A DNA stretch of 64,000 bases from positions 103,480,001-103,544,000 of the forward strand of contig CM052817.1 in the NCBI GenBank assembly GCA_028534125.1. Direction: 5' to 3'. The position numbers and the translations under genes are program-made. The stretch comes from Lama glama. Taxonomy: Eukaryota. Below are positions 25,871-38,443 of the stretch, piece by piece; within the stretch, counting starts at the first letter, position 1, and each line of letters begins with the position of its first letter. Below the pieces are notes generated by a model that was not told where the DNA came from, did not search any database, and saw only the letters and a list, made by a program, of their open reading frames with translations.

Positions 25871-27420
25871 TTAAAAAAAAAGAATTTTTGAAAATGTTTG
25901 GAGCTGTCTGGGACTTCATAGGCAGTTACACTGCAGTTCATTTCTCAAAGCAGTGAGGGGCGGGCCTGGATCTATCCACAGAGGTAGGGAGTTCCCCTTC
26001 TCCAGCTCCTGCCTGCTTCCTGACACTCTGACTCCCTTCTCCCATGTGCGCCTGCCCTTAGGACAATGTGGCAGAAGAGAAAAAAGTCATAGGAGGATTT
26101 CCCCCTCCCCCCAGCCCTCATTCCCTCTGCCACTTTTTTCAAGAAGTGTTCTCTTTCCCCTGTTCGTGTAGCCAGGAGTGCGCTTCCCCCGCTGGGACTA
26201 GAACTGGTCTCAGGCGGAGCGGGGAGAGAGCTCGCACTCTTCATCATGGGCCCTTCCCCAGTCCTCTCACAAGGAAGGGCCTTCTCCAAGTGTTTGCCGT
26301 CTTGGATTCATGGCCCCGCTCTTGGATCACAGCTGAGGATAAAAGAGGGAAAGTCCAGGAAGCTCACTGTCCCCTTACAGCTTGCTCTTCAGGGTTTGCC
26401 TTCCCTCCCTGGTCTGCCTGCCCTTAATTACTTTGCAGAGTCCGTAGGTAACTGCTGTACTTTGGGTTTTAGTTGAAATCAGTGGGAGAGATGGGCTCCA
26501 GCTGGCTTATTCCATTTTCGTTGACACCCAAAGCTTCTCTCCCTGGATTTCTGAGGCTGGACTGCCGGAGGCTCAGTCCTGGGCCCTCTCCTCATCTCTG
26601 TCTGCATACCCTCTCTTTGTGACTTCAGCCTTACGTTTCAGTTTCATGGCCTTAAATCATCCCCCAAATGTATAAGGCCAGAGCGGCTTCTCCAACTGCC
26701 TGGTTGACACTGGATGGCCGATAAATACACAAATTTAACATTCCCCAAACGGAACGCCTGCTCTCTCCTGCCCAAGACCTGTTCCACCTCTCCCTCCCCC
26801 TTTCAGTAAATGGCAGGTCCCTTCTTCCATTTATTCAGCGTAAAAAATTTGAGGTCGTCCTTGATGCCTGAGAGTGTGGAGAACAGCAGGTTGGGTTCGC
26901 CTGGTTCACAAGAACTAACACGTAATACATTCAACACTACGCTCGAAGGGAAAAAGACTAACTCGGTAAGAAAATGAAAAGTTGGGTAGAAAAGGAAAAG
27001 CGATCAGAGACGGATGAACATTCAACTCTCATAACTTAAACATTGATTATTAAATTAACCAAAATCATAATAAAAAGTATATGAGGGATTTGGGGAAACA
27101 GAAAGAGGGCATGTGTATGGCTGGGGTGGAGGCAGAAGGTCCAGAGCTAATGGCGAAACCTGAAAAAAATCAAGTAGCAACTGAAGGATGTTATTTAGAG
27201 ATATCGAGATAAATACCAAGCTGAAGTCAGCACCAAAGCATTGTAAGTAGTTGTCTCAGAGGAGAGAGGCGCTGGGGAGGGTAGAGAAAGCTGTTTTTTT
27301 ATAAGGTGTCTAGGAGTTTTTGGCTTTAAAGGATATACCGTATAATCTTCATAAAAATAAAAATGACAAAAGATACACACCAAACTGCTAGATGAGTAAC
27401 AATGGTTGTTTTTGTGGGAA

Positions 27421-28051
27421 TGAGACAGGAAGGCGGCAGGGCACAGCTACTCAAGGAATGCTACAGCAATTAACATCAAAATGGTGAAAGATTCAACCCC
27501 CAGCAGGCCTTGAGGCTCAAGATGGTGGGAGATTTAACTTCTAGCAGATCTTGAGCTTCATTATAGGCTCATTGTAATATATCAGCATGGTGAATAACAT
27601 GCCCACAGGCACCGTGGCTGTCCCAAGGCTAGCCCTGAAAGGTCAAAGGGTGGGAAAGGGCCAACTTCCTGGGAATCTCAGCCCCTTCCCCCGGCAACTT
27701 AGACTGGTCCTTCCACTTACTAGCATATGAAGCCACTGAGCCCATAAAAACTAGCAATAGGGTGCCGCCTCGAGGCCACACTCTCTCTCTCCCTCTTTGG
27801 ACGGCCCACATTCTGTCTATGGAGTGTGTACCTACTTTTAACCTGAGCACCCAGCCCCCACCCCTCGTGGCCTTTCTCTTGCCTTTCAATGTATCTCTCT
27901 GTACAAATCTACCTTTACTCAACTGTGGCTCGTGCTTGAATTCTTTCCTGCATGAAGCCAAGGACCCACACTTGGTGGGGCATGTCCCAGGGGCTCAACC
28001 GAAGCCTGGGACACGGCCCTGCTCATGCCCCACATCTGTTTTCCTGCATCA
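27421..28051 (+). mobile_element. ERV solo LTR, 631 bp
   Basis: TGAGAC...CATCA ends, with perfect 4-bp TSD GGAA on both sides and a TATA-like cataaaa. Confidence 0.8.
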
Positions 28052-28359
28052 GGAACTCAGGAGGGCTAGGAGGCTGAAGCCTTGTCCCTACAAAAAAGAA
28101 GGGGGAAATGGAAAGGATTTGTACCCAGGAGGACCCCACAGGGTCCTGCTTGATTTCAGGTTGTTCAGGGAAACAGAACCAACAGGAGGGAAACAGAATA
28201 TACAGGATATATGGTTATACTAGGCTGTATTATAAATCTCATGTACAGCTGATCTAAGAACATTGGAGTCTTCCCCTGTAATAATCTTGTAAGACAGTTT
28301 CTGCTATCATTTGTATTTTTCTTTTTTTAAATTAAAAATTTTATTTTTTAAATTAATCT

Positions 28360-28480
28360 GTTTTGGAGGGTAGGTAATTAGGTTTATACATCTATTTATA
28401 TAATGGAAGTACTGGGGATTGAACCCGGGACCTCATGCATGCTAAGCGTGTGCTCTACCACTGAGCTACACCCTCACCCT
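28360..28480 (-). mobile_element. Vic-1-like SINE
   Basis: gtactggggattgaacccggg...ctctaccactgagctacaccctc. Confidence 0.85.
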
Positions 28481-28631
28481 ATTATCTGCATTTTTCGACG
28501 AGCAAACTAAGGACCTGAGAAGTTGAGAAAGTCAAGAAGAGGTTTCAACGCAGGGCTGACAGCTGGGTTACTAGCTGAAAGATCTTCTTTCTTAGAGAAG
28601 GTTGACAGCGAGGATACCCATGTGAAATAAG

Positions 28632-29105
28632 CGTCAACGAAAATAAAATCCGTAACGTGAGAGCTGTAAGTTTCAGTTGTATTCAGGGTCTTACTGAGGA
28701 CGACAGCCCAGGAGACAACCACTTGGTAGCTCTGAGGACCTGCCGAAAAGGTAGGGGTGGAGCCAGGATATACGTGAATTTTTGGGCCGGGAAATACACG
28801 TAGTCAAGGAGCACACATCTGGGTAAAAGATTACCGCCCATCACAAAGAATAGACATCTCAGGTTAACAAGGCTAGTGTTTTTCCGTGTGTGGGAAGTCG
28901 CAAGACCCCGGGGTCATTAAACTTCTTCCTGAGAGGCGTCTAATTATCTAATTACCCATTTATCCAAAGCCCAGAGGGCCTCATCTTGCTTTCCATCCAG
29001 AATCCTGACCAGGGTGGGCTGTCGGTGGGTGACTGCAGTGGGCTGCCACTTAAGCCTTTGTAGAACTGGGTGGTGACCAATGCTCCTTGTTCCTTTTTAA
29101 ACACA
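28632..29105 (-). mobile_element. ERV1 LTR (family shared with 48550-49025 and 57216-57714)
   Basis: Shared gacagcccaggagac...gctctgagga motif. Confidence 0.6.
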
Positions 29106-29248
29106 AGCCTGGTTCATAGATGCAAACTGATCCCCAAGGAAATTCTTGAGAAATAATCTAAGTCCATTCTACCTATACAGAGACAACATAATTCCAAAGT
29201 GGTTCTTAAGTTGTAATATAGATAGTGACTCTGGGTGATGGCTGCATG

Positions 29249-29804
29249 TGAAACTGAGCAGGACCCTGTGGGGCCCTCCTGGGTCCAGATGCTTTCCACG
29301 TCCCTGTTTCTTGTTTGTAGTTAGTAGGCTTCATTCAGCCTCTTTGACCTTCCCTGAGCTCCCAAGGGCAGATCCAAACATTTGCTAATCAGGGAAGGGA
29401 GGGATGGCAGAAACAAGGGAGGAGCAGCAGTGGAGCCTTAGGGCAAGGTCCTGGTTCCTCCTTAAGGAATACACAGAACAATGTCTTTGAGTTCTTCAGT
29501 CAGAACCAAGGCCCCCACCCAGGTGGAGGATGGGCTGAGCACAGGATTCCTGGAGCACCGCCCTGCGACCTCACCATCACCCATCAGAAGAAAGTCATAC
29601 ACCCTGCAGCTCTCACCCCAAATTTTGCCTAGAAAAACTTCTCCCCCAAAACTATCCAAGAGTTTGTGTTTTTTTGAGCACTAGCCACCCATTCTCCTTG
29701 CTTGACTTTGCAATAAACCTTTCTCTGCTTCAACCAAACTCTGACATACTTAGGACTGTTTGGCTTCACTCTTCATGGGCACACAAACTCGTGTTAAGTT
29801 AACA
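29249..29804 (+). mobile_element. ERV1 solo LTR
   Basis: TGAAACTGAGCAGG...AATAAA...TTAACA. Flanks catg/caca are compatible with CpG decay of a cacg TSD. Confidence 0.8.
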
Positions 29805-30364
29805 CACAGGGGTTTATTATCCGGCTCTATTATCCTATTCCTACTTTGTATAAGCTTTTAATTTTTCATAACAAGATTAAAAAAAGATTTAACTGAAGGA
29901 AGAAAGACTTTGTAGCTGATGTAGTAGGGAGAAATTCGCCACTGCAAAATACGTTTTTTTTGGCATATTATTTTAAGCTGGTTACTTTCTAAGAAACTAG
30001 AGACATTCGAGAAACTGAAAACCGAGTGGGAATTACCCTTGTCTAAGAAACATTTACATTTGTAAGGGAAATCTCGGTTTGTAAAGGTGTATCCCTGGGA
30101 AGAGGAGGATGACCAAATCTCTAGAAACTCTTATCAGTGCAGAAGGCAAGGACTTAAATCTGCATAAACAACCAGGCTTTATTTCTACTTCTACTTTCTA
30201 TTTCTGCTTTATGTCTACTTTTGAAGGCTAATTTCACATGGTACAGAACTCTACGTTGGTGGCTTATTCTCTCAATACTCTACATACCTCACTCCATTGT
30301 CTTCTTGCTTGCATTGTTTCATTTCTGAGGATAACTCAAATGTAATTCCCTTTGTTTTTCTAAA

Positions 30365-32400
30365 AATATACTTATGTAATTGAATCACTTTGCTGTACAT
30401 CTCAAACTAACACAACGTTGTAACTCAACTATACTCCAATACAAAATTTTACTCTTAGCAACTTTTAAATATGCAGTACAGTATTATTATTATTTTTTTT
30501 GCAATACAGTATTATTAACTAAAGTCACCACACTGTACATTACATCTTCATGACTTATTTATTCTATAACTGGAAGTTGGTACCTTTTGACCACTTTTAC
30601 CTAGATCACTCACCTCTCACCCCCTCCACCTCTGGCAACCACTGAATTGTTCTCTGAATGGATGAGCTTGTGTGTGTATATGCGTGTGTGTGTGTGTGTT
30701 TTAGTTCCACATGTAGGTGAAATCATACAGTATTTAACCTTCTCTGTCTGACTTATTTCATCTAACCTAATACCCTGTAGGTCCATCCACGTTGTCACAA
30801 ATGGCAAGATTTCATTCTTTTTTTATGGCTGGAAAATATTCCATTTTATATATATATTGGCATATTATATCATATATATACCACATCTTCTTTATCCATT
30901 TATCCATGGAGGGACACTTAGGTTGTTTCCATATCTTGGCTATTATAAACATTGATGCAATGAACATTAGGGGGCATATTTCTTTTTGAGCTAATGTTTT
31001 TATTTTCTTCAGATAATACCCAGAAGTGGAACTGCTGCATCATATAGTAGTTCTATTTTTAATTTTTTACCTCCTTACTGCTTTCCATATGGCTGCCCCA
31101 ATTTACATTCTCATCAACATCCTCACCAACACTTTCTTTACATCCTCACCAACACTTGTTATTTTTGTCCTTTTGATAATAATCACTTTGATAGGTGTGC
31201 GGTGATATGGTGATGTCTCATAGTGATTTTGATTTACGTTTCCCTGATGATTAGTGATGCTGAGCACCTTCTCATGTGTCTGTTGGCCATCTATATGTCC
31301 TTTGGAAAAACGTCTAATCAGACCTGCCGATTGTTTTTATTTTTTGTTTGTTTGTTTGTTTATTATTTATTTATTTTTTGCTATTGAATTGTATGATTTT
31401 ATATATTTTGGAATATTTACCCCTTATCAGCAATATGATTTGCAAGTATTTTCTCTCATTTAATAGGCTGCCTTTTCATTTTGTTGATAGTTTCCTTGAC
31501 TGTGCAGAAGCTTTTCAGTTTGATGTAGTCCCTCTTGTTTATTACACTTTCACTGCTCCTATTTTTGGTGTCAGATTTAAAATATCCTTGCCAGGACCAA
31601 TGTCAAGGACTGGTGTGAAGGAGTTTAATGTCTGTGTTTTCTTCTAGGATTTTTTTATGGTTTCAATTCTTATGTTCATGTCTTTAATCCATTCTGAATT
31701 AACTTTTGTGTATAGTGTAAGAAAGTGGTCCAATTTCATTCTTTTGCATGTAGCTGCCCAGTTTCCCAACATCATTTATTGAAGAAATTGTTCTTTCTCT
31801 ATTGTGTATTCTTGGTTCCTCTGTCATAAATTAATTGACCATGTATGCATGGGTTTATTTCTGGGCTTTTCTGTTCCATTGAGCTATGTGCCTGTTTTTA
31901 TGCCAGTACTTTACTGTTTTGATTACCCTAGCCTCGCAATGTAGTTTGAAATTAGGGAGCGTGATGCTTCCAGCTTTGTTCTTTCTTAAGGTATTTTGGA
32001 TATTCAGGGTGTTTTGTGGTGCCACACAAATTTTAGGATTGGTTGTTCTATTTCTGTGCAAAACGCAATTGGTGTTTTGATAAGGATTGCATTGAATCTA
32101 TAGATTGCTTTGGGTAGTATAGACATTTTAACAATATTAATTTTTCCAATCCATGAGCATTGACTCTCTTTCTGTTTATTTAGTCTTCTTCAATTTCTTC
32201 ATCAGTGTATAGATCTTTCACTTCTTTGGTTAAATTTATTCTGTTGTAAATGGGATTGTTTTCTTAATTTATCTTTCTAATAGCTTGTTGTTAGTGTATG
32301 GAAATACAACAGATTTTTGGGTATTGATTTTGTCTCCTGAAACTTCACTGAATTTGTTTTTTCATTCTACCAGTTTTTTTCAGTAGAGTGTTTGGGGCTT
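30365..32400 (-). mobile_element. LINE-1 ORF2 3' half and 3'UTR, degenerate
   Basis: Minus ORFs MPFVTTWMDLQGI and [38 protein letters not shown]. Confidence 0.9.
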
Positions 32401-32519
32401 TCTTAGTCCTCTACTGACAGCAATACAACTTACCAGTTTCCAGGACATTTTGTTTTTCTTTTTACTATTTTATTGAAGCACAGTTGATTTATATATATAT
32501 ATATATATTTTTTTTTTTA

Positions 32520-32595
32520 GTGGAGTTACTGGGGATTGAACCCAGAACCTCATGCATGCTAAGCACATACTCTACCACTGAGCTATACCCTTCCT
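32520..32595 (-). mobile_element. Vic-1-like SINE inserted in an L1 3' end (about 32465-32730)
   Basis: The SINE with a (TA)n/T tail splits the L1 terminal motif gttgattt|acaatgttgt. Confidence 0.85.
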
Positions 32596-33849
32596 CCACA
32601 ACAATGTTGTATCAGTTTCCAGTGTACAACAAAAAGATTCAGTTATATATGTGTATGCATATATTCTTTTTCATTATATGTTACTACAAGTCACTGACTA
32701 TAGTTCCCTGTGCTATACGGCAGGACGTTCTTTTTTTTAAGAGGACAGAAGGTAAGATATTTAGAGAAGCCTTGTTCTGAGGCCTGACTGGTATTAGCCA
32801 CATGTGGATGTTTAGTGTTACAGGAGCTCAGCACTGAGCACCACATTCTGAAAGGTAACCATGAGCTCTTTAGTAAGCTGTGTGTTTGTGTATGTGTGTT
32901 GACATCTGCAGGGCTCTCTGTATCACGGAAGCTCTGTTGGACCTCTGGCTCAGGGGGAGATGTGGAATATTTGTAGTCCTTTGTCAGCTCCTTACCTTGG
33001 GAGTAACTTCTCTCACCTTTCCCCACACTCTTTTTATATTGCCATCTAATTAAAAAGAAGTCTAAAATGTAATACAGTCATCTATTTCCCTATTTAAGAA
33101 ACAAATTTTAATCGTGAGATCATGAAGATATTCCCCTATTTTAGCTCCTAAATGCACTGCAGTATGTCCACTCATACAGCTGGAAGTGGCTTCTATACAT
33201 AGTATGAGTTTGATTTTCTAGATCCCTTCTCATTAAATAGCTGAAATTTAACTGAGGAGAAAGGATATCTTTATAGCATCCAATCTTCTTACTATTTTAT
33301 ATGGTAACTCCTGTCATTTATTTTGTCCTTTAAAAAAAATCTTCTGTAACGCTTCACAGTCAAGTCATCTGTGTAAAACACCTGTGTATTTTTGTTAGAT
33401 TTCTTTCGGTATCTGATAGTTTTTGGTCCTGTTACAAATGGCAACTTTCATTTTCCGATTGATGCTGGTATACTGAAATGCACTTGAATTTTGCATATTA
33501 ACCTTGTATGTAGCAACCTTACAACATTCACCTGTTAAATAATTCATTTGTAAGATATTTTGAATTTTCTATGTAAAAAAAATCATACCATTTGATAATA
33601 ATATTTTTACATTTTTCTTCCCAATTATTATGCTTGTTCCTTCCTCGCCTGATTGTTAAGAATGCCAACACGATGTTGAATAGATGTCTCATTTCCATTC
33701 TCAGAGAGAAAACTATCAGAATTTTATCAATGCTGTAGTGTTGTGGTAGACACTCTTCAACAGATTAAGGAAGTTCCCTTTGTTATCTACTTTGCTAAAT
33801 TTTAATTTTTATTTTTATCATGACTCCATACATTAATCCGGGAAGGCTG

Positions 33850-34330
33850 ACTTAACAAAATGTTACGACTGAGTGGCTTAAACAAAGGAAATTTTTCTCA
33901 CGGTGCTGGAGGTCCAAGATCAAGGCGCCTGCAGGCCTGGTTTCTCCGGAGGCCTCCGTGTCTTGTACATGGCCTCTCTGTGCCCGCCCACAGTGTTTCC
34001 TCGATGCATACACTTCCCTGGTGTTCTCTTTTGAGGAAGTCATATTGAAGTAGGAATCAACACAGTGCTAAAGAGGTGACAGCAAGAATCTTTGAGTTCC
34101 GTTGTCAGAGAGAGCACTATCAGAATTTTATCATCAGTGTGGGTTTTGGGTAGGTATCAATGAATACATTAAGGAAATCATTTTTTCCTAATTTGCTAAA
34201 TTTGTTTTAAAAACAATCACTGACTAGTCATATTAAATTTGTCCTCACTCTCATCTAACCTTGATTACCTATTTCAAGATCACACCTCCAAATACAGTTT
34301 GAGATGGGACACATTCAGTCCTCCGTAACT
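33850..34330 (-). mobile_element. MLT1 LTR, split by an L1-derived segment
   Basis: gagtggcttaaacaaaggaaatttttctcacggtgctggagg, resuming as ctcatctaaccttgattacc...gacacattcagtcc. Confidence 0.6.
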
Positions 34331-34526
34331 GTAGACGGGTGAATTTTATCAAATGATTTTTCTGCCATCTACTGAGATAATCCTATGATTTGTTTTCAGT
34401 TCCATTCTATAGTAAGAAAAAAAAATTGATTATTCAGCTAGGTTTGCTATTGGTCTCTGGCTTTATATACACTTCACTGGCTGTGAAGATACGCATATGT
34501 GATAAACCTGTCAAGAGAAACAAGCA

Positions 34527-34645
34527 GAGGAGGGTATAGCTCAAATGGTAGAGCACATGCTTAGAATGCAAGAGAACCTGGGTTCAATCCTAAGTACCTC
34601 CTCTAAAAATAAATACATCTAATTACTTCCCCCCAAAATAAAATA
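34527..34645 (+). mobile_element. Vic-1-like SINE
   Basis: gagggtatagctcaaatggtagagcacatgcttag...gggttcaatcc. Confidence 0.85.
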
Positions 34646-35612
34646 ATCAAGTAAGACAGAAATAAACTACTTTTTTTTTAAAAAAGCAAGGGACTTATTA
34701 ATATTAAATAAGAAAGCGGATGCCTCAGGCTGAGGAAAATGGGAGCATACTATGATGGAGTCCATCAGGGCCGCTCAGCTACATACCCTTATTTCCTAAC
34801 CTATACCTGGGTTTTCATTTTACTATTCTCCTTTAAATGGTACCTCTATATGTTAATCCAATCTTACATGCATGCTTTTCATTAAAAAACAAAATCAGCC
34901 ACACTCGAAGCTGAAATGTGACTGAAAAAATTAGAAATGGAGTAGAAGTATGCTTAAATGTTGGAACCAGGGAGAAAAGTGGCAGCAGGTTAACCCTGTG
35001 GAGACATGGACACAAATCTCCCATGCATGGGAAGGAGTGGGGACAATCTGCTGTTTGCTCTGTCACAAATCAAAACATAAAAATCATTAGGCTCCTAAAA
35101 GAAGAAAAAAAAAAAGAAAGAAAAGAAAAAGTACTATTTTGTAACAGATATGACAAAACACTCTTTTTCAATGTCAAATATCTCCCAGGCAGACATATAA
35201 ATGATCTCATCTAATGCTCATAATTTCTTGACATGATAGACAAGATCTCAAATTTCAGGTGAGACTTGACTTAAGATGCACCATTGGTAATAAGCAAAAC
35301 CCAACTCCTGTTAAAAAAAAAAAAAAAAGAAGCAATAAATCTGCTTGACTTTTGCCCCGGAGGAAGACTGGGCAATATACAAATCTCCCTGTGCCCCAGA
35401 TGGAGACACCGCCTCTTATCTTCCAAGGCTGTTTCCCATAAAAACATCTGGGCAAACAGTGTGTAGCCCTCAGTTCCTCGCTCCCGACACGCAGTAAAGC
35501 AACAGACCCAATGAAAAGTGTCCCCGCAAAACTCTTCTCTCCACCTGGAACGTGTAAGGTGCTTATAAAACAGGTAAAGGTGCAGGTAGAGAAACATGCA
35601 AATGTTCACAAG

Positions 35613-35618
35613 TTTATT
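35613..35618 (-). terminator. Poly(A) signal of TRIM75-like gene
   Basis: tttatt on + equals AATAAA on -, about 54 nt past the TGA stop. Confidence 0.6.
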
Positions 35619-35671
35619 GCAGCTGTGAAACTACAGTTTTACACGCTCCACGTTAGAGATCCGGAAACACT

Positions 35672-36656
35672 TCAGTTACCTCCAGGTCCCTGTTGGCTGG
35701 GATCACCCCCGTAGTCTCGCACCGCGCAGACTGTGAGAGAGGCGCTCCCGATGCAGAAGTAGGGCTTCAGGACTTCCGAAAACGCCGCGGAGAAGGAGTG
35801 GAGGTGAGACCTGTCGTCCACGCTGTAGAAGGAGACGGCGCCCAGCTCGTAGTCCAGGTACACGCCCACCCCGCCGGGCCGGTCCTTCAGCTCCAGGGGG
35901 ACGGCGCCCCCGGGCCCCTGCGCCTCGTACGCCCCGCCGCGCAGCCGCACCGTCCAGCGGCCGCCGGGTCCCGCCGGGCGCCGCGCGCGCGCCCCGGGGG
36001 CGGGGTCTGCGGGGTCCGCGCAGACGCCCACCGCCCACGCCGCCCCGCCCAGCCGCACCTCCCAGTACCGCCGGCCGCGCGCGAAGCCCTGGGCGCCCAG
36101 CACCGCCGGCTCCGCGCGGAGCCTCCGCGCGCCGCGGGGCGCCCTCCGCTTCCTCCCCAGGAACGTCGCGGACTTCCTGTCCTCCGACACCAGCAGGCTG
36201 GGGTGCGCCGTCTCGGGGTCCAGGCTCACGTCCTCCCGGAACGTCTGGATGATTTTGCGCAGAGCCGAGTGCTGCGGGGGGAGGCTGCAGCCTTCGCGGC
36301 GCAGCTGGAAGGAGTAGACGGCGGGGCACCGCAGGCCCTCGCACCTGCGCAGGACGCCCCCGATGCCTCTCAGCAGCCTCACGCCGGGCAGCACGCTCCG
36401 CTCGGCCACCTCCTGCAGGAGGCCCTTCAGGGTGGAAATGTGGTCGGAGAAGGCGGCCACGTTGGCGCCCAGCTGCTCCTGGATGTCCCGCTCCTCCTGG
36501 ACCAGCCTCTCCAGGACGGCCTCCTGCTCGCGGTCCACAGCCCGGTTCAGCTGCCCGAACTCCAAGGCCAGCTCCCGCCGCTGGCGCTGCACCTGCTCCC
36601 GCAGCTCCAGCAGCTTCCTGTCCTGCGCGGCCACCAGGCTCTGAGCGTCGGCCACC
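35672..36656 (-). CDS. TRIM75: TRIM75-like tripartite motif protein, coiled-coil plus PRY-SPRY (B30.2) part; 5' end (RING, B-box) lost in assembly gap
   Basis: Open frame running out of the gap: coiled coil, then CSLPPQHSALRKIIQTFREDVSLDPETAHPSLLVSEDRK (PRY), GRRYWEV, GVYLDYELGAVSFY and LKPYF. Paralogous to TRIM60 in this window. Position next to the TMEM192 3' end fits TRIM75. Confidence 0.85.
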
Positions 36657-37156
36657 NNNNNNNNNNNNNNNNNNNNNNNNNNNNNNNNNNNNNNNNNNNN
36701 NNNNNNNNNNNNNNNNNNNNNNNNNNNNNNNNNNNNNNNNNNNNNNNNNNNNNNNNNNNNNNNNNNNNNNNNNNNNNNNNNNNNNNNNNNNNNNNNNNNN
36801 NNNNNNNNNNNNNNNNNNNNNNNNNNNNNNNNNNNNNNNNNNNNNNNNNNNNNNNNNNNNNNNNNNNNNNNNNNNNNNNNNNNNNNNNNNNNNNNNNNNN
36901 NNNNNNNNNNNNNNNNNNNNNNNNNNNNNNNNNNNNNNNNNNNNNNNNNNNNNNNNNNNNNNNNNNNNNNNNNNNNNNNNNNNNNNNNNNNNNNNNNNNN
37001 NNNNNNNNNNNNNNNNNNNNNNNNNNNNNNNNNNNNNNNNNNNNNNNNNNNNNNNNNNNNNNNNNNNNNNNNNNNNNNNNNNNNNNNNNNNNNNNNNNNN
37101 NNNNNNNNNNNNNNNNNNNNNNNNNNNNNNNNNNNNNNNNNNNNNNNNNNNNNNNN
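36657..37156. other. Assembly gap (500 N)
   Basis: Run of exactly 500 N. The round number suggests a placeholder size. Confidence 1.
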
Positions 37157-37772
37157 TGAGAGAAATCTGAGAGCTACCAGACATGGATCAAACCAGGCTG
37201 AGTCCCTGAGGCCTGAGGCTGCCTCCAGAAGTAGGTTATTTTAGTCCATCTCAGCCTAGAATGGGGAGGCTGGCTTAGTAGAATTTTCCAGGAGTTTCTG
37301 GACAGCGTGAAAATTAGACTAATTTCTAGTTTGTAAGCTTCCCAGATCCCTAGAATAGTTCTTTACAGATTGGATGAGCACATTAGTGATCAGATCATTA
37401 TACGATAATTCGTGCAATAAACCAAGATTGGATCTCTTATTACCTCTCCATCTGCAATGACCTGGCGAGCTCAAGTTACAATCATGAAATGCTCGGAATA
37501 TTGCAATAGCCTCCTAGGGACTTTTCCTGCTTCCTCTGCCTCCTGTCCTGTTCCCCACTGTAGTCCCCATGCAGCATAACAGTTAGGGTGATCCCTTAAA
37601 CATAAACCAAATATTGTCATTCGTCTCCTCAAAACCCACCCGTGGTTCTTCATCTCACTCAGAAATCATGCCAACGTGTCACGTGGTCTCCAAGCCAGTA
37701 CAACCTGGTCATTGCCACCTTTTGCAGTCACAGAGTATTTCCCCTCCCTTTAATTACTCTGCTGAATCCATC

Positions 37773-38443
37773 TGTTACTGAACAAACTTGGGTTCACTCG
37801 CCTACACAGAGTAAAGTCAATCTACTGAGTGTGTTGAAGGAACATGAAGTGTTTATTGCAGGTGCCAAGCAAGGATCTGGGGCAGCTAATGCTCAAAAGA
37901 CCAAATTCCCCAATGGGCTTCAGGGAAGCATTTGTAAAGATAAGGTGAAACGAGGCATCCCAGGGCACACGATCAGTTCATGCACAGTCCTCTGATTGGC
38001 TGATGGTGAGGTAACAGGGTGGTGTCACAGGGGTAGCCATCATCAGCCCTCAGACTCCAGCTGCTTTGGTTGCTCCATGCTGATGTGCAGTTACTTCCTC
38101 CATCTGGTAGAGGTTTCAGTATCTGTAAAACAACTCAGGAATGTGCATCAGACACTGTTATCTATGTCCTTCAGGGAGGAACTAAAGATTCTGTGACTGC
38201 TGTAAGGCTGTAAGGCTGATTTACTATTTAAATTGTTACCAGTTCTCCTGGCCCAATTGCCAATATTCTGTTGTCACTACATGTTCATATTCTTTCAATC
38301 GTTAACGCTTAAGCCAGGCTTCTGTGACTCAGGGGAGGCTTGGGAGACTACAGTGTTTTTATAAACAAGAGGCAGGCAGAGGACATGGTGGGGGCGGGGC
38401 GGGGGTGTCCCCAGAATCCCCCATAGGGTCCTGCTCAGTTATA
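37773..38443 (-). mobile_element. ERV1 solo LTR just upstream of the TRIM75 coding exon
   Basis: Homologous to 49115-49677 and, reversed, to 29249-29804 (ctgattggctgatggtgaggtaacagggtggtgt). Confidence 0.75.

Noticed and set aside
35693..37184. Long overlapping ORFs 35693-37159 (+), 35703-37184 (-) and 36363-36644 (+)
   Set aside because: Shadow frames caused by stop-codon scarcity in very GC-rich DNA and read-through of Ns. No recognisable domains.
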